Virus record (IMG/VR): IMGVR_UViG_3300038556_000032
Span: 1-41,498 of that record
Source: a virus
Lineage: Duplodnaviria; Caudoviricetes
Direction: 5' to 3' (one strand)
DNA length: 41,498 nucleotides
Positions 25,747 to 35,082 of the stretch are shown here, piece by piece (position 1 is the first letter of the stretch; the number at the start of each line of letters is the position of its first letter). Made by a program: the position numbers and the translations under genes. The notes beneath the pieces are model-generated. The model was given only the letters and a program-made list of their open reading frames with translations. It searched no databases and was not told the origin of the DNA.

Positions 25747-27977
25747 TGTCGGCGACCCAGACGCCCATGATGTCGAGCTTCAACGGCGGCGAGCTCTCGC
25801 GCCGCATGCTCGGCCGCACTGACACCCAGATCTATCAGATCGCGGTTGAGGCGATGGAGAATTTCGCGCCGACGATCGAGGGCTGCGCGGTCAAGAGGCC
25901 CGGCCTCGAGCATATCAGCGCCGCGCGCGCGTCGGCGAGCTGGCTGTCGCCCTTCGTGTTCAGCTTGAGCCAGGCCTATGTGCTCGAATGGAGCGACGGC
26001 AAGCTCCGCTTTTTCACCAATGGCGGCCGCATCGAGACGGCGCCGAACGTGCCTTACGAGGTCACGGTCCCCTACACGGCCGCCCAGGCGGCGGAAATCA
26101 GCGCGCAGCAAAGCTTCGATCGGCTCTACCTCGCGCATGAAAGCCACCCGTCGCCGGCGCGGCTCTCGAGAACTGGCGCCACCACGTTCGTCTATGACGT
26201 GCCCGAGCTCGACGGCGGACCCTTTGCCGACGAGAATATCGACGAGACGATCACGGTCACCACGAGCGGGGTGACAGGATCTGTCACCGTCACCGCAAGC
26301 AGTGCGATCTTCCAAGCCGGCCATGTCGGCGCGCTCTTCCGCATCGAGGCGAAGGATTACTCGACGGTCAAAGCGTGGGAGCCTGGTTACAGCGACGTCA
26401 CGGTTGGCCTCAAGCTGCGCTCCGACGGCAAGGTCTACCAGTGCGACGCCGTCGGGACGAAGGCGCGCACCGGCACGATCCAGCCGGTCCACACGCGCGG
26501 ATCCGAATGGGACGGCGGCGATCGCGGCGAGGACATCAACGCAAAGGACAGCCTCGGCTGTCGCTGGGCGTATCTGCACGATCAGTTCGGCATTGGCCGG
26601 ATCACGGCCGTTGCCGGCGACGGGCTGAGCTGCACCATGACGGTGCTGCGTCGCCTGCCCGACCAGGTCGCCTCGATCGCGACGCATCGCTGGAGCCACG
26701 CGCTTTTCTCGGCCGCGGCGGGCTGGCCGTCGATCGTGATCATCGCGTTCGGGCGACTGGTGATGTTCCGCGACTTTGAAATGGTCGCCTCGGTCGCCGG
26801 CGATTACCTGAACTTTCGCGCCTATGACAGCGCGGGCCGCGTCCAGCCGGATCTCTCCTTCCGACGGCGCCTCTCGCTTTCGAACCCGCCGCTTTGGGCC
26901 AAGGCAGACCGCAAGAAGATCCTGATCGGGACGGCCGACGGCCTCTACTCGATCGAGCCGGTCAACCCGGCCGAGCCGATCAGCGGCTCCAACATCGACG
27001 CGGTCCCGCAGTCTTTTCACGGCGCTGCGAAGATCTTCCCCGCCCAGATCGGGACGGAAACCATTTACGCGCAGCGCGGCCGCCGCGGCGTGCGGGCGGC
27101 GGATTACGATTTCGGCCGCGACCGCAACGCGACCGTCAACCCGACCGTCTGGGCCAGGCACATCGCGCGCGGCGTGCGCCAGCTCGGCTACCAGCAGAAC
27201 CCCGAGGAGCTGCTCTTCGGCGTGCGGGATGATGGCCAGCTCTTCCTCCACCCGCGCGCGCAAGAGCAGGAGATCAAGGGCTTTGCCCGGATCATCCCGG
27301 CCGCGGACGGCAAGGTGCTCTCGGCCGTGGCGATCCCGGCCAACGATGGCGGCCTCGACGAGATTTGGACCCTGATCGAGCGTGGCGGCGCCAGGACGAT
27401 CGAGCGGCTCGGCCGTTGGTGGGATGAAGACGACGCCATGGCGATCGAGGAAGCGTTCTTCGTCGACAGCGGCGTCACGTTCTCCGGCCCGATCTCCAGC
27501 ATCACCGCCGGCCTCGAGCACCTGAACGGCCGCAAGGTGGCCGTCGTTGCCGATGGCGCGATCCTGAGCGATCAGACCGTCGTCGACGGCGGCCTGCCAG
27601 CGCCGCTCGGTATGACTGCGTCGACGGTGCATGTCGGGCTGCGCTACCGGGCCTATATCCGTTCGCTTCGCCCCGACGTGCGTGACGCCAACGGGCAGAC
27701 CAGCCAGGGAAAGCGCAAGCGCCTGGTCAGCCTGATCCTGCGGCTGCTCGAGACGGCGGGGATCCGCGTCCGCGCCGATCAAGTGCATGCCGACAATGTG
27801 ATCGATCGGCCCGGCTCGGCGCGCATGGACGCGCCGATCCCGCTTTTCTCGGGCGACACGTCCAAGACGGTTTCCGGAGATTGGGATCGCGACGGCCAAT
27901 TTGAGCTGATCTCGGACGATCCGCTCCCGTGCATTGTCGTCGCGGCGATGCCGCGGCTCGAGGTAAGCGGCCGATGA
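25746..27977 (+). CDS. Tail nozzle (T7 gp12 / P22 gp10-like)
   Basis: SFNGGELSR N-terminus, KRPG, F.VDSG, HVGL.Y motifs. Confidence 0.85.
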   Translation: MSATQTPMMSSFNGGELSRRMLGRTDTQIYQIAVEAMENFAPTIEGCAVKRPGLEHISAARASASWLSPFVFSLSQAYVLEWSDGKLRFFTNGGRIETAPNVPYEVTVPYTAAQAAEISAQQSFDRLYLAHESHPSPARLSRTGATTFVYDVPELDGGPFADENIDETITVTTSGVTGSVTVTASSAIFQAGHVGALFRIEAKDYSTVKAWEPGYSDVTVGLKLRSDGKVYQCDAVGTKARTGTIQPVHTRGSEWDGGDRGEDINAKDSLGCRWAYLHDQFGIGRITAVAGDGLSCTMTVLRRLPDQVASIATHRWSHALFSAAAGWPSIVIIAFGRLVMFRDFEMVASVAGDYLNFRAYDSAGRVQPDLSFRRRLSLSNPPLWAKADRKKILIGTADGLYSIEPVNPAEPISGSNIDAVPQSFHGAAKIFPAQIGTETIYAQRGRRGVRAADYDFGRDRNATVNPTVWARHIARGVRQLGYQQNPEELLFGVRDDGQLFLHPRAQEQEIKGFARIIPAADGKVLSAVAIPANDGGLDEIWTLIERGGARTIERLGRWWDEDDAMAIEEAFFVDSGVTFSGPISSITAGLEHLNGRKVAVVADGAILSDQTVVDGGLPAPLGMTASTVHVGLRYRAYIRSLRPDVRDANGQTSQGKRKRLVSLILRLLETAGIRVRADQVHADNVIDRPGSARMDAPIPLFSGDTSKTVSGDWDRDGQFELISDDPLPCIVVAAMPRLEVSGR

Positions 27978-28456
27978 GCCCGATCGTGACATTCCGCGAC
28001 TTCGAGCCGCAGGACAGCGTCGAGCTCTCGGCGAAGCTGTCGGCCGAGCTCGTGCGTCTCGGCCTGACCGAAGATCCGGCGTCGATCGCCGAAGGCCGAG
28101 CGCTCAAGGCGGGCGGCCCGGCATGGACGGCCGTCGGTCGCGATGGCGAGATCCTGTGCTGCGCGGGGTTTCTCGAGACCTCGCGCGGCCTGCAGGCGAG
28201 CGCCTGGGCCATACTCGCGCCGGTGATCGGGCCGGCGCATCTCGCAATCACCCGTTTCGCGCGCTGGCAGATCCGCACGTCGCCGATCTTCCGGATCGAT
28301 GCGCTGGTTGCGCGGCGCCCGCGCGAGCAGGCCTGGGCTCGCCTGTGCGGCCTGCGCGAGTGGGCGCACCTTGGACCGTGGGCCTGCGGCGACGAGCTCG
28401 AGGACATCGTGCTCTTCTCGCGCATGCGGCCGCTTCCCCGAGAGGATCAGGAATGA
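27974..28456 (+). CDS. GNAT-like / T7 gp13-like protein
   Basis: Position after nozzle; ILCCAG...AWA...WARLCG. Confidence 0.6.
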   Translation: MSPIVTFRDFEPQDSVELSAKLSAELVRLGLTEDPASIAEGRALKAGGPAWTAVGRDGEILCCAGFLETSRGLQASAWAILAPVIGPAHLAITRFARWQIRTSPIFRIDALVARRPREQAWARLCGLREWAHLGPWACGDELEDIVLFSRMRPLPREDQE

Positions 28457-28848
28457 AGGCTGCAGCCAGCGTTATCGACGGCTTTGCCGCGTTCAGCGCC
28501 GGGAAGGCGAACCGCCGGATCGCGCGCGAGAACGAACGTTCCGCCAACATGGATGGCGCGGCCGAAGAGCAGCGCATCCGTGAGGCCGCCCGGGCGGCGA
28601 TGGGGCGCCAGGCGGCCAGCCAGGCGGCGAGCGGCTTCGAGCCTGGCACCGGCTCGGCGATCGATGAGCTGCGCGAGAGCGCGCTCAACTCGACGATCGA
28701 CATCCTGCTGACACGTCGACGCACCGCGGCCGAGGCGAAGAACCAACGAATCCAGGGCCGCGCCGCCTACCGCGCCGGCGTCTTCGGGCTGGCCGCCGGC
28801 GCCGCGCGCGCCGCCGGCGAGCTCGCCGACTATAAGAAGGGCGGCTGA
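28453..28848 (+). CDS. Internal virion (ejection) protein, gp14-like
   Basis: Q.A..AASG....GSA motif; Ala-rich. Confidence 0.7.
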   Translation: MKAAASVIDGFAAFSAGKANRRIARENERSANMDGAAEEQRIREAARAAMGRQAASQAASGFEPGTGSAIDELRESALNSTIDILLTRRRTAAEAKNQRIQGRAAYRAGVFGLAAGAARAAGELADYKKGG

Positions 28849-28849
28849 G

Positions 28850-30814
28850 ATGGCGGACCGCTACGAGCGATCTGTCGCGGCAAACACGCCCACGCTCGGC
28901 TTTGTCAGCCCGCAATCCTTCGGAGCCGGCCTTGCCGATGCGCTCTACGCGGTCGGCAACATCGAAGAGCGGATCCGCGAAAAGGAAAAGCGCCAGCGCG
29001 ACGACGATCAAGCGGCCGAGTTCAACGTCCGCTTCGCCCAGGCTCGAGACGAGGAGGAGCGCGCCGCGGTCGACGCCAAGACCGCCGCGCCCGAAGGCGG
29101 CGCCGGCCATAGCGAAGCGATCCGGAAGCGCTGGGACACCCGAAGGCAGCAGCTGCTCGAAGGCATCACCAGCGAGCGCGTGCGCAACTATGCGACCGAG
29201 CGGCTCGCGGCATGGGGCAGCGAGTTCCAATCGCGCGAATATGCCTGGGAGCAGGGCAGGCGGGTCGAGAAGCTCGGATCCGACGTCGATCGCACGATTG
29301 ACATCAGCGCCAATCGCGCTCGGCGCGCGATCGACGCCAGCGCTTTCGGCGAGGAGCTCGACGAGTTCGAAAACGGCGTCGAGTTGCTCAGCGTGCCGGC
29401 GGACCTGAAATCGCGCCTGGTTCGCGAAGGTCGCGACCGCATTGCCAGATCCTTTCTCGAGGGGATGAACGGTCGCGATCCGCGCCAGGCCCAGGCGCTG
29501 CTCGAGAGCGGAGTGTTCGACGAGTATCTCAAGCCCGAGACGCTCGACATTTTGAGAGGCGAGGCGGGCGTCGAGATCCGGCGCGAGGAAACCGAGCAGC
29601 GCGCGGCGCTGGCGGCCGAGAAGGCGCAGGCGCGCGAGGACATCAACGTTTTCCAGAAGCAGCTCGCCGATGGCGTGCCGGTGAAAGACGAGGACATTCA
29701 GCGCGTCCAAGGGCTCGCCCAGAAATACGGGTTCGACGGCGAGGTCTATGACCTCGGCAAGGCGCGCATCATCAACAATGCGAACCGCGTCTATCGCGCC
29801 GCGACGCCGATCCAGCTGGATCAGCGCGTCAAGGAACTCGACGCGTCGATCGCCGGCGCCGGCGACAAGGCGAAGCCGGAACAGGTGATCGAGCGCGACC
29901 ATCTGCGCACGCTGCTTACCCAGCGTTCGGAGGAGCTGAAAAGCGATCCGCTCGACTTCGGCGCGCGCGGCCTCGGCATGCGCATCGACCCGATCGACTT
30001 CAACGATCCTGCCAGCCTGCAGCGCCGCGCGCAGTCCGCGCGCGCCGTCGCGAACGCCACCGGCGCGCCAATCCGACTTCTGACCAACGAAGAGGCCGAG
30101 ATCCTGTCCGTCCAGGCCGCCGCGGGCGGTGCAGGCCGGCGGTCGGTGGCCGAGCAGCTCGCCCGGCTCGGCGCGCGCGATGCGCTGATCGCGGCGCGTC
30201 AGGTCGCCGGGGAGGACGAGGTCCTGCAGCGCGCCGTGACGCTGGGCCCGAACAGCCGCGCGCTGGCGCTGGCGGGGCCCGAATATGCCGAGAAGAACCC
30301 CAAGCTCGTGCCTAAGGAAGAGAGCTCGGCTCTGTACGAGCGGATCGTTTCCCGCTCCCTTCGCCACCTCGGCGGCGAGTTCGATGGCGCCACTCTCGAG
30401 ACGGCCCGGAACATCTACGCAGGGTTCGCGGGCCGCAAAGGCTATGCGGGCGAGTTCCGTCCCGACTGGTTCGGGACCGCGATCAACATGGCGCTCGGCA
30501 CGACCAAGCGAGGCGCCGAATGGCAGGGCGGTCTCGGCCAGTATAACGGCCGCAAGATCCTGTTGCCGACGACCATGACACAGCGCGAATTCGACACCGC
30601 GCTGACCAGGATCAACCGCCCGCTGCAGGGCGCCTCGACGGGCACGCCTGTTTGGGGCGATGGGAGCCCGATCAAAGCCAGCCAGGTGCTGACGCAGTTC
30701 ACGCCCGTAGCCGTGCGCGACGGCGTCTATCGTTTCGAGACGGCGCGCGGCGACGTGCTGCTCCAGAAGGGCGGCGGCCCGTGGCTGCTCGACGTGAGGA
30801 AGCTCGGACGATGA
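28850..30814 (+). CDS. Internal virion (ejection) protein, gp15-like
   Basis: 654 aa helical protein; position. Confidence 0.65.
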   Translation: MADRYERSVAANTPTLGFVSPQSFGAGLADALYAVGNIEERIREKEKRQRDDDQAAEFNVRFAQARDEEERAAVDAKTAAPEGGAGHSEAIRKRWDTRRQQLLEGITSERVRNYATERLAAWGSEFQSREYAWEQGRRVEKLGSDVDRTIDISANRARRAIDASAFGEELDEFENGVELLSVPADLKSRLVREGRDRIARSFLEGMNGRDPRQAQALLESGVFDEYLKPETLDILRGEAGVEIRREETEQRAALAAEKAQAREDINVFQKQLADGVPVKDEDIQRVQGLAQKYGFDGEVYDLGKARIINNANRVYRAATPIQLDQRVKELDASIAGAGDKAKPEQVIERDHLRTLLTQRSEELKSDPLDFGARGLGMRIDPIDFNDPASLQRRAQSARAVANATGAPIRLLTNEEAEILSVQAAAGGAGRRSVAEQLARLGARDALIAARQVAGEDEVLQRAVTLGPNSRALALAGPEYAEKNPKLVPKEESSALYERIVSRSLRHLGGEFDGATLETARNIYAGFAGRKGYAGEFRPDWFGTAINMALGTTKRGAEWQGGLGQYNGRKILLPTTMTQREFDTALTRINRPLQGASTGTPVWGDGSPIKASQVLTQFTPVAVRDGVYRFETARGDVLLQKGGGPWLLDVRKLGR

Positions 30815-33522
30815 GCGGGCCGCTCGACGCCTATGACATCCCGGAGCCGGCAAACCTCCCGGCCGCGCAGCGGCCGGCGTCGCTAAGCGATGTCTGGCGC
30901 GCCTCGCGAGATCTCGCCGCCGGCGATGTCAGCGTGGCGCCGTTCCGCCGCGATCGCGCCGCCTGGGAGCCGGTGCTCGACGCGCTCGGCCTGCACGCTT
31001 CCCAGAACCCGGCCTATTATGACAACGGCCGCTTCGGGAGCCCGACCAAGCTCAAGGCAGGCGGGACGTTTTTCCCGGCCTATGTCGGTCGCGACGAGCA
31101 GGAAGAGCTGATCCTCGCCCGGGTCCGCGAGCGCCGCGCGCGAGATCCGAACTTTCTGCGCGACGTGCCCGACACGGTTGCAGGCTTTCGGCAGTGGGTG
31201 ATCGATGCCGAAAAGACGAAGCGCGCCGGCGCCAGGTCGGTGCTCGAGCGCTCGCCCGGGGGCCTTGTGGCGGGCGCGGTCGAGCTGGGCGCCGGCGCAG
31301 TCGAGGGGTTCACCGATCCGATCAACATCATGACGCTGCCCGTCGGCGGTGGCGGCAAGACGCTCGGCGGGATCCTGCTACGGGAAACGTTGGTCAATGC
31401 CGGCCTCGAGGCGGCGCAGCAGCCGCTGGTCGCGTTGAACCGCCGCGAGCTCGGCGAGGAGCTCACGATCGGCGAGGCGGCGACCAACGTGACGCTGTCC
31501 GGTCTGTTCGGCGGCGTGCTCGAGACGGGTGCCACCGCGGCAGGTCGCGGGATCTCGCGCGGCCTCGAGGCGGCCACGCCACTCGAGAAGCGGCTCGCGG
31601 CCGCGCTCGACGACGCGGAGCTGCCGGCGATCGCGCGCGAGGCGATCGGCTGGGAAAGTCTCACGCCTGATCAGCGCGCCGCGGTGAACGTCATCGAGCG
31701 AGAAAACGAGATCGCTCAGTCGTCGCCGTTCGCCAAGGGCGGCCCCAGTCTCGAGAGCCATGCCGATCGCCTTGCGGCGGCGATGGAGGCGGTTGCGACG
31801 GCCACCCCGCGCCAGCCGCGAGACTTCGGCGCGCCCGCTGGCGCGCGCCCGATCGAGACCAGGCTGCCCAGCACGGCTCTGTCCGGAATGGACACGCTGA
31901 TGCAGAGGATCCGAACCGTAGAGAGCGGCGGTCGCGTGGACGCGCAGAACCCGCGCTCAAGCGCGTCTGGGCTGTACCAGTTCACCGACAGCACGTTCCT
32001 GCGGCTCTATAAGCGTCGCTACGGCAGCGGTGATCGAGACTTCACGATCCTGACCCGGAAGAACCGCCCTCAGCTTCAAGAGCAGCTGATGCGCGACCTG
32101 ACGCAGGAGAATGCGCAGACACTGGCGCGTGCCGGTCAGGCAGAGACCGCAGGCAATCTGTATCTGGCACACTTTGCCGGCGCCAAGGGAGCGCTCCGCA
32201 TCTTAAAGGCAGATCCCGACGTGCCGGTTGAGCGTGTGATGGAACCGGCGGCCATCGAGGCGAACCCGTTCCTGCGCGGCAAGACTGCTGGCGAGGTGGT
32301 TGCCTGGGCTCACAAGAAGATGGGCGAGCCCGGCTTCGGTGGCCAGCGCGTCGCGTTGGCTCGGGATGGCTTCCCGCAGGGCGATTATGGGGAGGCAATG
32401 TGGCGTGCCGTCCAAGCCGAGCTGGACGCGGATGCTATGGCGCGTGTGGCAGCCGAGCGGGCCCAGGCCAATGTCGGGCAAGATGCCGCGCCGTATGGTG
32501 CCAACCTCGAGGTTGAGCCGATCGACGTCGATCTGCGCCCGTGGGCGCGCGAGGAGGACGGCGAGATACCGGCGGCGGCCGACGCGCCGACACCGCCGTC
32601 GCGCGAGGTTCTCGAGCTGCTGCCGAGGATCAGGGGCGCGATCGACCAGGATGGCGTTTCGCTAGATCCAGCAAAGCTCGCGAAGCGGCTGGGTACCACG
32701 GAGGAGCTGGCCCGCCAGACGCTTGATCTTGCGGCCGCGCAGGGCAGCGGACTTGTTCGCGGTCGCGGAGGTGGATGGCGTCGAGCGATGCGTCGCCGGG
32801 AGCCGTCCGACATCGTCACCTTCATCGCTGATGGCGGCGGGATCCGGGACGAGCTCAACATCCGCGGAGAGTACGGCGCTCACGACATGTCGGAGCGCTT
32901 TCGGGTGATGGTGCCTGGCGCCGGCCCTTTGCACCGGAAGTCGGGCAAGTCGCTCGACGAATGGGGTGAGGCGCTGCTGGAGGCCGGTTGGTTCACGGAG
33001 CGGCCGACCACGGCCGACGTCCTCGACCTGATCGAACGTGGAGTGATGGCCTACGGAGGGCCCAAGGCGAAGCGCGTCTACCGGCCTGACGAGCGCAGCG
33101 ATATCCGCATCGATATCGAGCGAAGCGAGGCCGAGCAGGAGCTGATCGATAGGCTCGCAGATCATCTCGGAACACGAGAGATCAACGCCTCTGACGAGTT
33201 CGTCGAACAACTGGCAGAGCGCTTTAATCTGAGAGCGGGCGAGGATTTCGCGGACGCGGCGGATCGGGCGATCGCTGAGGAGGCGAACAGCGAGATCGAG
33301 ACGGCAGTTCGCCAAAGCGAGCCGGCTCACCTGACGGACTATGATGATCCGTTCGGACCGGCGGCCCAGGCGCAACTGGACGTGCTTCGCCACGATCTCG
33401 CGGACGTCGACGACGGCCTGCCATATATGATCGATGATGGTCGCGAGGGGAGCCTCGCCGACCTGCTGGCAGAGGTCGACGAGGAAAAAAGTTTTGCGGC
33501 GGCGCTGCGGGGGTGCCTGTGA
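30811..33522 (+). CDS. Internal virion protein with lytic transglycosylase domain
   Basis: VESGG..AQNPRSSASGLYQF and LYLAHFAG motifs; ATGA coupling. Confidence 0.8.
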   Translation: MSGPLDAYDIPEPANLPAAQRPASLSDVWRASRDLAAGDVSVAPFRRDRAAWEPVLDALGLHASQNPAYYDNGRFGSPTKLKAGGTFFPAYVGRDEQEELILARVRERRARDPNFLRDVPDTVAGFRQWVIDAEKTKRAGARSVLERSPGGLVAGAVELGAGAVEGFTDPINIMTLPVGGGGKTLGGILLRETLVNAGLEAAQQPLVALNRRELGEELTIGEAATNVTLSGLFGGVLETGATAAGRGISRGLEAATPLEKRLAAALDDAELPAIAREAIGWESLTPDQRAAVNVIERENEIAQSSPFAKGGPSLESHADRLAAAMEAVATATPRQPRDFGAPAGARPIETRLPSTALSGMDTLMQRIRTVESGGRVDAQNPRSSASGLYQFTDSTFLRLYKRRYGSGDRDFTILTRKNRPQLQEQLMRDLTQENAQTLARAGQAETAGNLYLAHFAGAKGALRILKADPDVPVERVMEPAAIEANPFLRGKTAGEVVAWAHKKMGEPGFGGQRVALARDGFPQGDYGEAMWRAVQAELDADAMARVAAERAQANVGQDAAPYGANLEVEPIDVDLRPWAREEDGEIPAAADAPTPPSREVLELLPRIRGAIDQDGVSLDPAKLAKRLGTTEELARQTLDLAAAQGSGLVRGRGGGWRRAMRRREPSDIVTFIADGGGIRDELNIRGEYGAHDMSERFRVMVPGAGPLHRKSGKSLDEWGEALLEAGWFTERPTTADVLDLIERGVMAYGGPKAKRVYRPDERSDIRIDIERSEAEQELIDRLADHLGTREINASDEFVEQLAERFNLRAGEDFADAADRAIAEEANSEIETAVRQSEPAHLTDYDDPFGPAAQAQLDVLRHDLADVDDGLPYMIDDGREGSLADLLAEVDEEKSFAAALRGCL

Positions 33523-33527
33523 GAGCG

Positions 33528-33872
33528 CTACTTTTGGGATCTGGCAACGACAACGCGCTCGATCGCCAGCTCGCGGGCTTCAGCTTCAAGAGAAGTTCGG
33601 GCCCGCTTCAGAATGATCGTTTGTATGCCGATGGCCTCAGGGTCACGGAGCAAGCGCTCACGCAAGGAGTCAAAATAGATTTCTTCTTGAACTCGACACC
33701 GCCCGAGCGCGGCGACGCTGACCGCTTCAGCGCTATCAGTTCCTCTGGCAAACTCATCAGACCTGTCGCGAACACACGCGAAAAAAAGGCTCATCGCGGC
33801 CTGCTCGAAATTCTTAGCGTCAGCTACTGGCGACGCGCCCTGCAGAGCCATAGCGGTGACGTACACAATCAT
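33528..33872 (-). CDS. Moron-like exported protein
   Basis: Opposite strand, lower GC, signal-like MIVYVTAMALQGASP, two Cys. Confidence 0.6.
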   Translation of the reverse strand: MIVYVTAMALQGASPVADAKNFEQAAMSLFFACVRDRSDEFARGTDSAEAVSVAALGRCRVQEEIYFDSLRERLLRDPEAIGIQTIILKRARTSLEAEARELAIERVVVARSQK

Positions 33873-33912
33873 GTCTCGCCCCTTGTTCCCAAGGGCGGAA
33901 ACATGCATGATC

Positions 33913-33942
33913 TCCCTTGTCCGGTAAATCCCGGACAAGGGA
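33913..33942. promoter_or_regulatory. 12-bp inverted repeat between divergent units
   Basis: TCCCTTGTCCGG-N6-CCGGACAAGGGA. Confidence 0.55.
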
Positions 33943-34000
33943 TTGGCGTCCCTAACCGATGGCGCACCCGCGCCAAGCAGCCGCTTCGGCGCGGTTTGTT

Positions 34001-34078
34001 GTGGTCGGGCGTGTCGCGAGCTCCTTCGGGGGCGCCGTCTCCATCGGGCGGTACGCCAATCGTGGCACGTCCGGCCAC
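34001..34078 (+). ncRNA. c4: C4/CI-type antisense RNA
   Basis: 19-bp closing stem, CC-TTCG-GG hairpin, loops TCCATCG and ACGCCAA complementary to CGATGG/ATTGGCGT sites upstream (33942-33962) and downstream (34083-34118); precedes antirepressor. Confidence 0.8.
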
Positions 34079-34123
34079 CCGCATTGGCGTGCGGGGCCCG
34101 GACGATCTCGATGGAGACCGTCC

Positions 34124-34864
34124 ATGAATGCACTGCTCAGCTACCAGTTCGAAGAAGCTCCCGTTCGCGTAGTGATGATCGCGGACGACCCTTGGTTCGT
34201 AGCGAACGATATCTCGAAGGTGCTTGGGTACGGCCAAGCCGCCTTTATGACCCGTCACCTCGATGATGACGAAAAGGGTCTGCACATTGTGCAGACCCTT
34301 GGCGGTGCGCAAGAGATGAACATCATCTCCGAAAGCGGCTTGTACGCCGCAATCTTTAAGTCGCGCCGGCCCGAGGCCCGCCGCTTCCGCAAATGGGTAA
34401 CCAGCGAGGTCCTGCCGACCATTCGGCGAACCGGGAAATTCGAGCTGGACCTACCGCCAGAGCTTGATCGCCCGTCCGATTACGACCCGCACCGCTTGTC
34501 TGTCGGCGTCCAGGTCGTTCGCGAGGCCCGCCGGCTCTATGGCCCCGCGGCCGCCCGACGCCTTTGGACGCAAGTTGGGCTCCCCCCGGCTGTCGCTGAG
34601 ACGGCGCCGGCGGAACCGAGTGAGCCAATCGCCGAGGCTCTCAAGGAATGGCTAGGGGATCGCCAGGCCGTTACCGTGGCCGAAGCGGCCGATGGGCTTG
34701 GGCTTTCGACTGAGCTCGACCGCTCGCTCCGCCTCCGCATCGGCGGCCTGCTGACGCTGTTCGGATGGCCCAAGCGCAAGGTGCGCCGCGGCGCCGGCAC
34801 GGTCTGGATGTGGTTCCGGCCTGGCACACCTGGTCTGCCCTCGAGTGAAGAGGAGCAGGCCTGA
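34124..34864 (+). CDS. ant: BRO-N domain antirepressor
   Basis: VRVVMIADDPWFVANDISKVLG...ISESGLY...SRRPEARRFRKWVTSEVLPTIRRTG. Confidence 0.9.
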   Translation: MNALLSYQFEEAPVRVVMIADDPWFVANDISKVLGYGQAAFMTRHLDDDEKGLHIVQTLGGAQEMNIISESGLYAAIFKSRRPEARRFRKWVTSEVLPTIRRTGKFELDLPPELDRPSDYDPHRLSVGVQVVREARRLYGPAAARRLWTQVGLPPAVAETAPAEPSEPIAEALKEWLGDRQAVTVAEAADGLGLSTELDRSLRLRIGGLLTLFGWPKRKVRRGAGTVWMWFRPGTPGLPSSEEEQA

Positions 34865-35082
34865 TGCGTGCCGATCTCGAAGCTCGGTCAAGCGCATTCG
34901 TCGGTGCGCTCAAAGGCCTCTCGATCCTGATTGACAATCAAACGCCAGGGCTCGGCGCGAGCAGCCAGGACATCGGCGACCTCGTCAGGATGCTGGCGGA
35001 AGAAGCCGAGCGGATCGTGCCCAACCAAGGCGGCAACCTGCGGCTCGCCGCGAACGACGAAGACAGGGACGACGACGAATGA
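34864..35082 (+). CDS. Small hypothetical protein with acidic tail
   Basis: TGATG and ATGA coupling; ends LAANDEDRDDDE. Confidence 0.65.
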   Translation: MRADLEARSSAFVGALKGLSILIDNQTPGLGASSQDIGDLVRMLAEEAERIVPNQGGNLRLAANDEDRDDDE

